Assembly: GCF_006345805.1 (NCBI RefSeq)
Contig: NW_021832053.1
Coordinates: 1-33,691, forward strand
Source: Octopus sinensis
Lineage: Eukaryota
DNA length: 33,691 nucleotides
Reading direction: 5' to 3'
Shown: positions 12,046-23,506 of the stretch, one piece after another
Layout: each line of letters starts with the position of its first letter
Numbering within the stretch: the stretch's first letter is position 1
Program-made: the position numbers and the translations under genes
Notes under the pieces: model-generated
Databases searched by the model: none
Seen by the model: only the letters and a program-made list of their open reading frames with translations
What the model was told of the DNA's origin: nothing

Positions 12046-12949
12046 GCTTATTTGGGCGATTGACTTAATCTGTCACCCGGCTGTTAAACCTAGTGACAGA
12101 TTAAGTCGATCACTACCAAATACATTGTTTGGCTTTAAAGGTATCCAGTCTGTTGCAAGCATTCGACTCAAGTCTCTGGTTTGAGAACACTTTCCTACCT
12201 CTCACTAACCTCGGTGGCCCTGCGAAGGATCATAGACAGTCTTCTCTCCCAACTAAAATGATTTTTAAAAGTTGTTGGATTGTATGTATGCACACAAGAC
12301 ACAATTATTGATAGCATGGAATATGAGAAACTAAAGTTTAAATGTATTCTGCATGTGTATAATATTTGATCCGACCATTTTGCCTCCTAAATTGTGGGAA
12401 AATTTGTGAAATTGCTGCGTTATTTTTATTTTTACGCTATAAGCAGCATAACAAATGCATTCCGGACACAGTAATATAGGCCTTAAATACTTCCGCTCAA
12501 TAAGGTATATTTTTCTTCCATTTTTCCCATGGCTCAACTGTTGAAAATAAAATAAAACTCCAGTTATTGATATATTGAAAGTTTTGTTTGTTAATAACTG
12601 AGTTTTCTCCTAAATGAAAAAAAAATCAGTTTTATTGCCTCATTTTATGTTCTATTTAAAATAGATATATTTCAAAATTCCATTTGATTCTAAAGAATAC
12701 ATCAAATCGACCAAAATGAACAGAAATGATGGATTTCCCAAATCATAATTGAGCTTTGATAAGTACTCGAAGGGTAACATCATTTTTTTCAGCGTAGTCA
12801 GAGAAATATACCGTATATAAACATATAAAGGCTTGCATACATTTGCGTGTATATACAATAGATATATATGAAGAAATATTTTCTACAATTAAAAACGGAT
12901 CGTCGCAAATCTTGTGGTTGGGAGATCGTTTTATGTTAAGCATTTTTCA

Positions 12950-14250
12950 CTATTTTCAGTTTTTTCAAAAACGCTTGTTAAAAAGTAATCTGTGTAGTAT
13001 TATTTTTATGCCTTTCATAGTTGATTATTTTGTTCCCCTTTATTTAAAAATATGGAACATTTTGAATTTTGTACCTGCACAAACGTCTAGATGTACATTG
13101 CATGGAACATTTCTATGTGATGAACTTTGATTTCTTGCTTAGGTACCCTTACCTAACCTTTTAATTTCGAGCTTGTTTGGTCCCTAAAATTTTTATTATA
13201 GTGTGGGCTTGTGATGCAGCAAATGGATTTTTTTGTTTTTTGGGGGTGGGGTGGGGAATGGTGGGTGCAATCTAGAACTGTATTAAACTTCAATTCCTTC
13301 CTATTCTTTTTTTGTGGGGGAGGGGGGATAGCAACGCAGGTTTCCACATTTTGTTTTTTGCATATTCTTTTGATGTGAATTTCGCCTTGTTAAGAGTATT
13401 TTAAAATTTGGTAGTTGTATTGGGCTGTTAATAATTTGTGACTTTTTTTCAAGTTTTTATACTTAGTGCGAAATTGGAAGGTATCTTTCAAGAATTATGG
13501 GTGACTACAAACTGAATATTTATTCTTTGTCTTTCCCTTATTGAGGGTTCTTTTGTATGTCAGGGATTGAGATCTCTTTTGCCTTGGATATAGCATAATT
13601 TACCGAATTGTTCCTATATTTTTCTTTCAGAAGGAATATTTTCGTTCTTCTCGTCTATTTACATCAGTAACTATTGAACACATACGTCTCCTCATATTAA
13701 ATTGAATATTTCTTTTGATGTGGGATGGATGTCAAAATCTAAGATATAACTAATCCTTGGCAAAAGATTAGTTGTAACAATCTTATTTTTCTTAATTATC
13801 AAAAATGTCCGAAAAAGGAAGTTCCGTTTCCTTCATTTCCAAAGTGAATTGGATCGATACATGAATGCTATTTATTAATTTTAGGAATCTCATAAAGTGT
13901 CTCTCACTTTTATTCCAAAATATGAAGCAGTCATCCAGGGATCTTTTAAATATGATTGAAGTGCTGTTCAAAAATAATCCCAGATGGGATATAGGCATTT
14001 TCTTTAAGGAATCCCATCACTAGTGTTCCATAAGTGGGTGCAACTATTGTACCTATTGTCACCCAATATTATTGGCTATCAAAGAGATAGTTGTTTTCTG
14101 GTACCAATTGCAATCCTAGTATAAATTCTTATGGGAGTCTCTTCTAAATTCTGTGAATACTAATAAATATAACAGCATAATGATGAGGTTAAACAGGCAA
14201 AAGGTAATTGAAAATAGGGTTAGAATGTCCAGTTTAAAAAATCCTTTATA
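12950..14250 (-). mobile_element. Decayed Penelope-like retroelement (RT + GIY-YIG endonuclease)
   Basis: Minus-strand translation gives GTIVAPTYGTLVMG (RT motif G.AMG..APTYA), KRSLDDCFIFW...INSIHVSIQFTLEMKETELPFSDI (PLE catalytic and thumb region), ICCITSPHYNKNFRDQTSSKLKG*VRVPKQEI (GIY-YIG) and HLDVCAGTKFKMFHIFK. It has many stops and frameshifts. Confidence 0.85.
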
Positions 14251-14351
14251 ACATTAAAGGATCACAAACCCAACCTTGCAAACACGCCCACCTGTAGAGT
14301 TAGAAACTCAGCAAGGACAAAGTCAGGCTTAGTAGTCAAAAATATTTTATG

Positions 14352-14735
14352 ATATTGGTTTCAAATTTTGGTCCAAAGCCAGAAATTTAAGTGGTAGGAG
14401 TTAGGTATTTATTTCATCCACCCCGAAACGACGAAAGGCAAAGTCGACCTCAGCGGAATTTGATCTCAGAACGTAAAATGTCGCTAAGCATTTTCTACGG
14501 AATGTTAACGATTCTGCTAGCTCACCGCTTGAAAAATGTTTTAGAATATTGGTTTCAAATTTTGGCTCAAAGCCAGCAATTTTGGAGGAGGGGTCAAGTC
14601 GATTACACCGACCTTGGTGTTTAACTGGCTCTTATTTTATCGACCCCAGCTTCATTTGAACTCAGAACGTAAGGACGGACGAAATGCCGCAAAGCATTTT
14701 GCCCGGCGTGTCAACCATTCTGTCAGCTCTTTGTC
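14352..14735 (-). mobile_element. Two tandem family A SINEs
   Basis: Both start with TATTGGTTTCAAATTTTGG (3' tail) and carry GAACTCAGAACGTAA or GATCTCAGAACGTAA ... GCTAAGCATTT-type reverse heads (14352-14530 and 14548-14735). Confidence 0.8.
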
Positions 14736-14829
14736 TTAAAAATGTTTTGAAATATCAATAACAAAATTAGACCATAGAACTGCATGAATAAGCACGTAGC
14801 AGCCCTGTCGTAGGCTAATTTAAGAACAA

Positions 14830-16200
14830 AGAGGATAAGTCTAAGTCGAGAGCAAAATTCACGAAGTTTCACATCGTAGATTTTGATCCCCTCGATATGA
14901 AAACTCTTGCCAGATAAAGCAATCGTTAACTAGAAAATATTTCGTCACTGACTAGACAAAAATTGAGTTAATCATGCAGCTTATGTCAAGAAATCAGAAC
15001 CAGACAAAACTATTTCATAAATTAATGGGTTCATATAACAGTTCTGACTCATGAGATCGTGTAGAAGATTTTAGATAAAATATCCTTAAAAAGAGGTGTC
15101 CTTCTGTTATATTGGTTTGTGCCCAAATTCTGGATTAGGCATATCACACGCCTGTAAGGGTCATATGCTAGATGCCTTTAGAAAAAAACACCTCAAATCC
15201 ACCTTCAGCAGTATAACTCTCAAAACCAGTAGCTACAAACTTCACTTCTTAGATGCTTCCCTGGACCTATACTTAAACTTACAATATCTACCATAAACTA
15301 AGTTAAAAATTTAGGTATATACACAAATAGTTTTTCCACACCTATCGCTTTTAAAACTCTTGTAGCTATCATTAATAATAGGGTCGCTAACCTCTTTCCC
15401 GCTAAAGAAATTTTCAATACGTCAGCCCCATAATATAATAGCGCATTGGCCGACAGTGGCTTTAAGGAGAAGTTATCATACACTTCAACCCCCAAAAGAA
15501 CCAAGCCTAAAAACAGGCTTTTTTTTAATGTTAGGACTAATATGGGCAAAATTTCCTAACCCTGATAGATAAACATTTCCCCGATAGCCATCTTTATAAG
15601 AAAATCTACGCACGTTCTGTGAGGGTTTTCTACAACTATGGCCCCAAAACAAAAGATATTTCAGTAGGCCAACCAAGATACCAATTGCAGACTGAAACTG
15701 AAAGAACCCATATACTTACCCACTAGACCATGTATGCATGTTTAGCGCAGTCGTTCACAAAGCTGAGATCACCTCCTTCCCTCCAAATAAGAGAACTGAA
15801 ACAAAAAGTACATTGGACTGTGAAAGTGAAGTCAAAAATATACACACTAACCCTCAGTCTTCCTTCAAGCACGTAGATAAAAAGAAAAGCATAAAGCTAG
15901 AACCTATATGATGGCAGTATACTACACGCCATCAAGTGGAGCATCGCAGGAAGATCTAGACAAATCATTAAAGAGTCAAAAAGTGTAGGCTCAATATAGC
16001 CGAAAGACTACACATCTTTATTAGACCGATGAATTGCATGGACCTTATAAACTCGAGGTGAGAAGATTTTATAACATTTACACATCTCGAAAAGTGTGTT
16101 ATCGAAATAGAAAACACCCCTACCCCGACCCCTCAGCGCATTTGACACAGTTAAATGGACTTAATCCTTCTTCCTACAAGAGTACTCACACTAGGCGTAG
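14830..16200 (+). mobile_element. Decayed Penelope-like retroelement of a second subfamily (RT + GIY-YIG)
   Basis: Plus-strand fragments: FTKFHIVDFDP (like F..FDIVDFYPS), IGLCPNSGLGI (decayed GLYRDDGL), LHFLDASLDL, NNRVANLFPAKEIFNTSAP*YNSALADSGFKEKL, NVRTNMGK../LIDKHFPDSHLYKKI, AVVHKAEIT...TETK..IG..ESEVK..NPQSSF and IKWSIAGR...KKCRLNIAERLHI. The domain order is colinear with PLE ORFs. Confidence 0.85.
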
Positions 16201-16559
16201 TTATTTTTTAATGTAGGCACTCAGCATTAACAATATTCTTCGTTAAAAAGATAAAGGGACATTACCAAGATTCCATTCTTGAATTATCCACCTTTCTCAT
16301 AAAAGCTTTCTCATTCTTTTTTCTCATTCTTTCTCATAATTTTTCTAGTTTTATTTTTCTCGCATTTCCTCACGGAGTAACTATGTAATATGGTTCAAGT
16401 TATGTGAGCCTAAACGATTGCTGAATCGTGCACAGTACGCTATGTCCGCCCGATTACTGCTGTATCTGAGCATGTAACTTGAAGGAGTTCCCGCATAACT
16501 CCTGTATTCATTTTATGTCTAGCAACAAGCCGGCAATTATGATTAATCCACTGTACTCC

Positions 16560-16700
16560 GCAAGGAGCATAGAGCTGGTTTCCCGGTTTCTCTGGCGAAT
16601 ATATTCCTCTTTGGACTGGACGCCAATTCGTCGCAGGATTACTCATTTTTACTAGCTAGAAATGAAGTGTTTTGCTCAAGAACACAAAACATTGCCTAGT
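16560..16700 (-). mobile_element. SINE fragment, family C (GTTCTTGAGCAAAACACTTCATTTC domain)
   Basis: The reverse complement matches the central domain of the 31421-31710 SINE. Confidence 0.55.
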
Positions 16701-16734
16701 CCACGACAATATATATGTTTACAATTCTTGGAAG

Positions 16735-17090
16735 AATGAAAACAAAAGTTGACCTCAACCAATCTTGAACTCAGAACGTAAGGAGCAGGAACAAATATTG
16801 CAACGCATTTTTTCCCAACGCTTCAACGAATCTGCCTATATTCTTCCATTATTTACCACAGCATTGAATATTGGATTATTCGAATGAAACAAACCAGTTG
16901 GTTGAGCTAGCAAGATTGTTACAGCGTTGGTTACAGTAACTTGCAGTATTTAGTTTTATACTCCTGAGTTCAGTTCCTTCTGCAATCAACTTCGTACCTC
17001 ATCCTGCCAAGATCAATAAAATAAAGAACCTGTCTATCGAATAAATCAACTGCATTTATTACCTAAAACCTTATGTTAGAAATCCTTATT
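16735..17090. mobile_element. Two degenerate family A SINEs in opposite orientation
   Basis: AAAGTTGACCTC...TTGAACTCAGAACGTAAGG (minus, about 16735-16840) and GAGCTAGCA...CTGAGTTCAGTTCC...ATCAATAAAATAA (plus, about 16895-17090). Confidence 0.6.
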
Positions 17091-17252
17091 AAGTCACAGG
17101 TTACCACAGGTTACCTTTATCTTAACGTGAAGAAAGGATTAAAATAAATAATCACTTCTAATTCTTTGATTTGATTATGATTAACAATGTCCTTCACTAC
17201 ATTCCTATGAGCTGTTTCTTAATGCCCTGTACCTCACACATACACACACACG

Positions 17253-17290
<38 letters not shown>

Positions 17291-18099
17291 GAGAAAGAGA
17301 GGAGCAGAAGGGAGAGGGAGAAGTCGAATGTAAGTAAGAAGCATAAGATAGTAACATAGATTGATCGATTGGGCTATCGGTACACATATACACACACATA
17401 GAAATAGATAGATAGGGACAGAGAGGAGTAAAGCGAGAGGAATGAAGAGGCTGTTAGATAAAAGATCGCCAGAAAGTAGTCTCATAGATGTGTGTGAGAG
17501 AGAGATAGAGAGAGAGAGAGAAAGAAAGAAACAGAGAGAGAGGGAGATAGAAAAAGAGAGAGAGATTATATGTGCGCGTGCGTGCGTGTGTGTGTATGGC
17601 TATGCGTGCATGTATGTCAGTATGAGAATGTGCGCGTGCATGTTAAATAGCTGCAGATAGATAGATAGATAGATAGATAGTGGCGGGAAGGGGCATGTAG
17701 ATAGGTAAGGACGGAAGCAAGTAAGCAGCTAGCGTACTGAAATCTGTAAATGGGACAAGCAATAAACTTTAGGAGTTGATAAGACACGTAGTTTGATCCA
17801 ATGTATCCTTATGGGCAGAAATGGTTGCCATCAAGAGTAATAATTCCTCTGGGTAGCTAGGTATATCAAAATAAAGGGTAATGTTTATGATGATTTTCCG
17901 TTTGCCAAAGATACCAAACTAATTGCTCCAAATACACGTGTGCATAAAGATGCAGATATTCACTTACTCATGTATGTAAACATACATACATCATGCATAC
18001 ATACATACAACATGCTTACATATACACATTATGCATACATATATACAAACATACATCATACATATATATACATATCATGTGATCATGTGATTGATCTGA

Positions 18100-18250
18100 C
18101 TTCCGGATGTCGTTATACATCGCTGGTCACAATGCGCTTTGCATCGTTTTAGCTTTCTCCGCTGGCTAGGCGTGCAGGCCAATGTTCCCCCTTATTCGGA
18201 AGCCTAGTCCGTCGCAAGGTTACCCATTCACAGGTGAGTGGACTGGCATC
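18100..18250 (-). mobile_element. SINE fragment (CATCGCTGGTCACAATGCGCTT family)
   Basis: About 70 nt are shared with 23810-23895, and it ends in the CCAGTCCACTCA-type domain on the minus strand. Confidence 0.6.
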
Positions 18251-18252
18251 TC

Positions 18253-18470
18253 ATACCAGTGAAGCTGGTGAGGGATTTATACGCATCTTTTCCCAGGTGC
18301 ATTGACACAATTATTCAAGCGAAGGGAAGCCACATGAGATATTAACAATGTACAGTAACTCCTTGAAATGAACCTTATGTAATAAGTTTTCATTATAGAC
18401 ATTTTTGTTTTAAAACACTGTATCTTGAGTGGTTTATGGGAGGTGGCCGAAAACTTTTGTACAGCCATCT
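18253..18470 (+). mobile_element. Tc1-like transposon 3' fragment
   Basis: 18253-18345 encodes IPVKLVRDLYASFPRCIDTIIQAKGSHMRY*, the typical Tc1 transposase C-terminus (L..S.PRR...VI.AKG.HT.Y*). It is followed by the TIR-like GTGGCCGAAAACTTTTGTACAGCC at 18443-18466. Confidence 0.75.
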
Positions 18471-18599
18471 TTGGCGGTCATCTCGCATCTTGCCCTCTCA
18501 TTCAGAATCCCTACTACAAAATATAATTATTAGGAATGGAAGTGACTCCAACAGGGACAATGTTTCATCTGTAAGAAATGTAATGCAAAATATCCACTT

Positions 18600-19774
18600 A
18601 CAAGTTAACAATTAGTAGAAATTTACAATAGTTTAAAGTGGTCGAAGACTTTTACGCGGTGCTGTATGGTAGCAAATGATGGTAGCAAACGGAATGTATT
18701 AAACACCAGAAGTGGATATTTTTGTTCTCTTCAGGAAAAGAGTTTTATATTTCAGTAATTATATTTCGCTTCCCTTTGCTGTATGCTTGCTTGCCGGGTC
18801 GTTTCTGCAGCCTTTGTTGGGAACATTAAAAAAATCGATGCCAGCTTCCCCTACTTTGATATATGCAAGGTAGCAATCGACAGTTTAAACAGTAATTACA
18901 CAAAGACACCAACAGGGAAGTATAACGTTCCTAGGAAGAGGCTCCAGCCTCACAATATCCAAGGAAAATGAGGATGCCCTTTGCTAACATTTTCTATGCA
19001 TGTGCACCTTTTAATCTTATCCTCAATAGCTTCAGCATAAATACCAGGACAACATGACAGAAGACATACTATATCCTGCACATGAGTAAAAACACCCATT
19101 GTGTTTAACATTATAATGAAGTCATAAAGTGATTTATGGACTGAATGGATGTCGGCTGGAGAAAAGTCGTTCAGTAAAGCTGGAAGGGTTCGCACTCCCG
19201 ACCTGACTTTGATACGCAAACGGATCGTGTATGCATGAAATGAACTTGATCCTCAGATTATTGTGAAAAGTTTTATCAAATGTTGTATATCGTCTGCACT
19301 GGATGGTACTCAGGATGACGTTGTTGACTATGAATCTGACGATGACGGAGATTTACACTACAATGATGCTGACATGTTTACAGAGGAACAAATGGAACAG
19401 TTATTTGATGCTGAAAGTGACGTTGAATTTGAAGGATTTGAGTAAATGTTTTTGCTTTTGTTTTTGTAACTGATAGTGATAAAGGCAATTTACTTAATAT
19501 TTATTTTTCACTGACGTTATTACTGTTATTTCTTTATTTTCTGCAAACAAAATGCACAAAAAAGCTACACAATTGCATTATGTAATGCATACAATAATAA
19601 TAAAGGACGTTATCGTATACATTTTTACAAACCAAGGACATTATATAGACCTCCTTGACTCAAGTTAGAGAAGGAGTGCATATTATACACAAGGTTTAGG
19701 TTTTCAGAGGTACAGCCCCCTAAAAATCCCCTGCGTATTATACTCAAGGGAGAACTATACTCGAGGATTTACGG
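18600..19774 (+). mobile_element. Decayed pogo/Tc2-group DNA transposon (3' part with right TIR)
   Basis: 19137-19445 reads WTEWMSAGEKSFSKAGRVRTPDLTLIRKRIVYA*NELDPQIIVKSFIKCCISSALDGTQDD plus an acidic tail, typical of pogo DDE C-termini. The right end TATACTCGAGGATTTACGG|TA (reverse complement CCGTAAATCCTCGAGTATA) has a TA target site and TATTATAC subterminal repeats. No left TIR was found, and the 5' boundary is approximate. Confidence 0.8.
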
Positions 19775-20049
19775 TATATATTTTTTATTTCAATTGCAGG
19801 CAATGGTCAGTTGACTGTTGACACCGTCTGAGGAATTTCCAAAATACAAAACAAACAAAAAATTGAACTCGGAACATAAAGAGCCTCCACAAAAAAATCC
19901 ACAAGCATTTTTTCCGATATTCTAATTATTATTTTAATGCACTACTTGAGAGTTAAAACCTACCATATAAAGTAATGCAAATGATGATATACAAGAAAAA
20001 TTATAATTAAGGGTATCTAAAAGATCCCAAACACCACGACGTCTACAAA

Positions 20050-20270
20050 CTTTTGAACTGTAAAAAAGCTGTCCCTTTCGTTTTCACTTTATTTTTTTCA
20101 TATTTTTCTCATATATTTTTCTCTCCTTGTTTTTTTCTGTGTATCTTTCTGTCGAAGAGCGTAGGCTCGAAACGTAAAAAGCTTTTTCTATTCCTGAGCG
20201 CTATACTAATACATGTGTTTGTTTGTACTCCACCTGCCTTCGTCTTTTGTTTATTTTCGTAAACTTTCCC
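20050..20270 (+). repeat. Interspersed repeat carrying a core-mutated hammerhead motif
   Basis: A T-rich unit containing CTTT-CTGTCGA-A-GAGC-GTAG-GCTC-GAAAC-GTA-AAAAG at 20145-20181. Confidence 0.55.
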
Positions 20271-20496
20271 TTTATATATATGTATATATGTATGTATGTA
20301 TTTATGTATGCATATACATACACACGCACATTAGAAAGAAAGAATGAACAGGCAAACAATCGGTTCAGAGCGTGGAACTTATATATCGAAACATAACTTT
20401 TGAGTTCCTACAATAGAGTTGTTAGAATAGAATAAGGTAGATCGTAGGAATGAGAGTGTAAGTCAACCTGAGCACTGTGTATGTGTGCGTATGCGA

Positions 20497-20539
<43 letters not shown>

Positions 20540-20549
20540 ATATATATAT

Positions 20550-21310
20550 CAGAGGCGTCGCCAGGTCATCAGCGTCACTCGGGCTCATCGCAGATTTTGC
20601 ATAAGACACATGCTTGCTCGTAGAATTTCATGTTTTTCCGCAATATTTCTAGCCACAAGTGGCTTATTTTTTATATCTAGTACTATGTCTTTCTCCATTT
20701 CTAAGTTAAGGGTAAAAATAATGTAACCCTGCAAAACACAACTGATTTTGAAACACAGACGCACAGAATAGCTGCAATTAAATAACGACAGCGGAGTACA
20801 CAACATAAATCAGCGATCTGTCAAGAGATACCAGTTAGTCTTTTACACCTACCAGGCTCGTTCATATTAGCCCGAGTTGCTGGATAATTTTCGTTCCTTT
20901 AATATTGTAGAACGGAAACTTTTCATAGATTAGAATTTATATCCTAATCTCTACAGAAATTTATTGTTTCAAAAACACATTAAGTTTGAATCACTTTTAA
21001 TTTTTACGATTATAGATAACTCGGGCTGTAAATTCTGAGCCCAAGTCACACGCGTGTGAACAGTGTCGAGAGAACGTCTGCTATGAATGATATTTTTTGA
21101 CACAGAGCGCCTCCAAGACGACCGCCAGACGCTGAACGTAAATAAATGAACTGCGACCAGGCTCAATAAAAGGAGCCCGAGTAATTGTTTGTAATTATAT
21201 CCTTGAAGTCAATGTTGGCAGAAATTAAATCAGCTTACAAATACACGTTCACTTTACTAAATTTATACTCGGGTCAAGCCCGAACAACCTGAGTGCCGGA
21301 TTCACCACTG
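20550..21310. mobile_element. Non-autonomous TIR DNA element (761 bp) in a (TA)n site
   Basis: Imperfect termini CAGAGGCGTCGCCAGG and (reverse complement) CAGTGGTGAATCCGGC, each followed 27-29 nt inward by TCGGGCT. The CTCGGGCT/AGCCCGAG motif recurs at 20578, 20869, 21020 and 21174, with variants at 21038 and 21268-21283. Confidence 0.6.
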
Positions 21311-21334
21311 ACATATATACATATATACATATAT

Positions 21335-21723
21335 CCAAGACTTGGACCACGGGCAATACGTCCCCTGCCAAATTCAAGATCACAACATACATGTACACTG
21401 CAACATAATTTCTTTTCCTCAACAGGCCCTGCCCTATTTAACATTGTCCCGAGGGAGATCAAAGAGGAAAAGGATCCCATCAACTTCAAACAGAGTCTGG
21501 ATAGATTCCTTCAAAGAATACCAGATAAGCCACCCATAATTGGATACAACTCACCCAACAAGAACTCACTACTTGAACAAAACTGGATACGACTCACCCA
21601 ACAAGAACTCACTACTTGAACAAAACTTGACTTAAACAGGATTCGAATAATCCTATCAGGTGGTGCTATTAAGTTAGACATGGCCTGGACCAATCTCTGG
21701 TCGAAACATATCTAAGTTTTATC

Positions 21724-21725
<2 letters not shown>
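21335..21725 (+). mobile_element. 5'-truncated LINE 3' end (CR1/L2-group ORF2 C-terminus + 3' UTR)
   Basis: PRLGPRAIRP...TLQHNFFSSTGPALFNIVPREIKEEKDPINFKQSLDRFLQRIPDKPPIIGY...NSLLEQ matches the GP.LFN.LP.EI...FK..LD.FL..IPD.P...NSL terminus of this LINE group. It ends against the TA tract. Confidence 0.8.
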
Positions 21726-21787
<62 letters not shown>

Positions 21788-21836
21788 CACATTACATATA
21801 TATATATACATATACATATATATATATACATATACA

Positions 21837-21905
<69 letters not shown>

Positions 21906-21909
21906 TATA

Positions 21910-21944
<35 letters not shown>

Positions 21945-22276
21945 AGATATATACATATATATATCTATATACATATATATATATATATCATATACATATA
22001 CATATATATAAGACATATACATATACTCTACATATATATATATATACATATATATATATACATATATATATATACATATATATATATATACATATATATT
22101 ACACATATATATATATACATATATATATACATATATATATATATACATATATATATATAATATATACATATATATATATATATATATTATATACATATAC
22201 TATACATATATAATATATATATATCATACATACATATACATATACATATATATATATAATATATACATACATATAC

Positions 22277-22308
<32 letters not shown>

Positions 22309-22337
22309 TATATACATATACATATATATACATATAC

Positions 22338-22393
<56 letters not shown>

Positions 22394-22803
22394 ACATATA
22401 TATAATATACATATACATATATATACATATATATATATATATATAATATACATATACATATATATATACATAATATATATACATATAATATATACATATA
22501 ATATATAACATATACATATACATATATATATACATATATATACATATATATATATATATTACATATACATATACATACATATACATATACATATATATAT
22601 ATATACATATATATATATACATATATACAATATATATATATACATATATACATAATATATATATATATATACATACATATATACATATATCATACCATAA
22701 TATACATATATATATACATATATACATACATATATATATATAATATATATATACATATATATATACATATATATATACATATATAATATATATATATATA
22801 TAT

Positions 22804-22851
<48 letters not shown>

Positions 22852-22908
22852 ATATACATATATATATACACATATATATAATATATACATATATATATAC
22901 ATATATAA

Positions 22909-22986
<78 letters not shown>

Positions 22987-23035
22987 TACATATATATACA
23001 TATATATACATATATACATATATATACATATATAC

Positions 23036-23083
<48 letters not shown>

Positions 23084-23086
23084 TAC

Positions 23087-23137
<51 letters not shown>

Positions 23138-23153
23138 CATATATATATATATC

Positions 23154-23184
<31 letters not shown>

Positions 23185-23192
23185 CATATATA

Positions 23193-23225
<33 letters not shown>

Positions 23226-23232
23226 ATATATA
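21726..23232. repeat. About 1.5 kb degenerate (TA)n/(TACA)n tract
   Basis: Essentially G-free on the plus strand over most of its length. It is the source of the YI-repeat ORFs in the track. Confidence 0.97.
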
Positions 23233-23415
23233 CTAAGTAATTAAGGGTTTAGCAACGATTTGCCCCACCACACACCGAATTTAGAAATAGCAGTCAAAGA
23301 GTTATGGCTATTCTTTCTACTTAAAAGGTAGATCCCAGTAAAACCACAGCACTTAAAAGGCAAACAACGCAGGCAAATAAGAAAGAAATGACGACAATCA
23401 TTCTATATTAAGTCA

Positions 23416-23506
23416 CCTACGGACGTACGTTTCGAAATTAAGTCATAGGAAAGCATAAAAATTAAATAATTATGTCTTGCCCAACTATTTTTCTCTTCAG
23501 CGTAGG
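23416..23506 (-). ncRNA. Type I minimal hammerhead ribozyme motif with intact core
   Basis: Minus strand reads CCUACG-CUGAAGA-GAAA...UUUC-GAAAC-GUAC-GUC^-CGUAGG. Stem I is 6 perfect bp, stem II is at least 4 bp closed by G-C, stem III is 2 bp with a palindromic loop (ACGUACGU), and the cleavage triplet is GUC. Confidence 0.8.

Noticed and set aside
16369-16420. Hairpin CTCAC..TAACT/AGTTA.GTGAG followed by C-TAAAC at the 3' end of the second PLE, a possible hammerhead stem II
   Set aside because: CUGANGA is absent and GAAAC is mutated, so it is too degenerate to call.
18950-19219. Protein-like minus-strand ORF (89 aa)
   Set aside because: It is the antisense shadow of the pogo transposase read on the plus strand.
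21541-21626. Direct repeat pair considered as a CRISPR-like array
   Set aside because: There are only two abutting copies with no spacer, inside a eukaryotic LINE.
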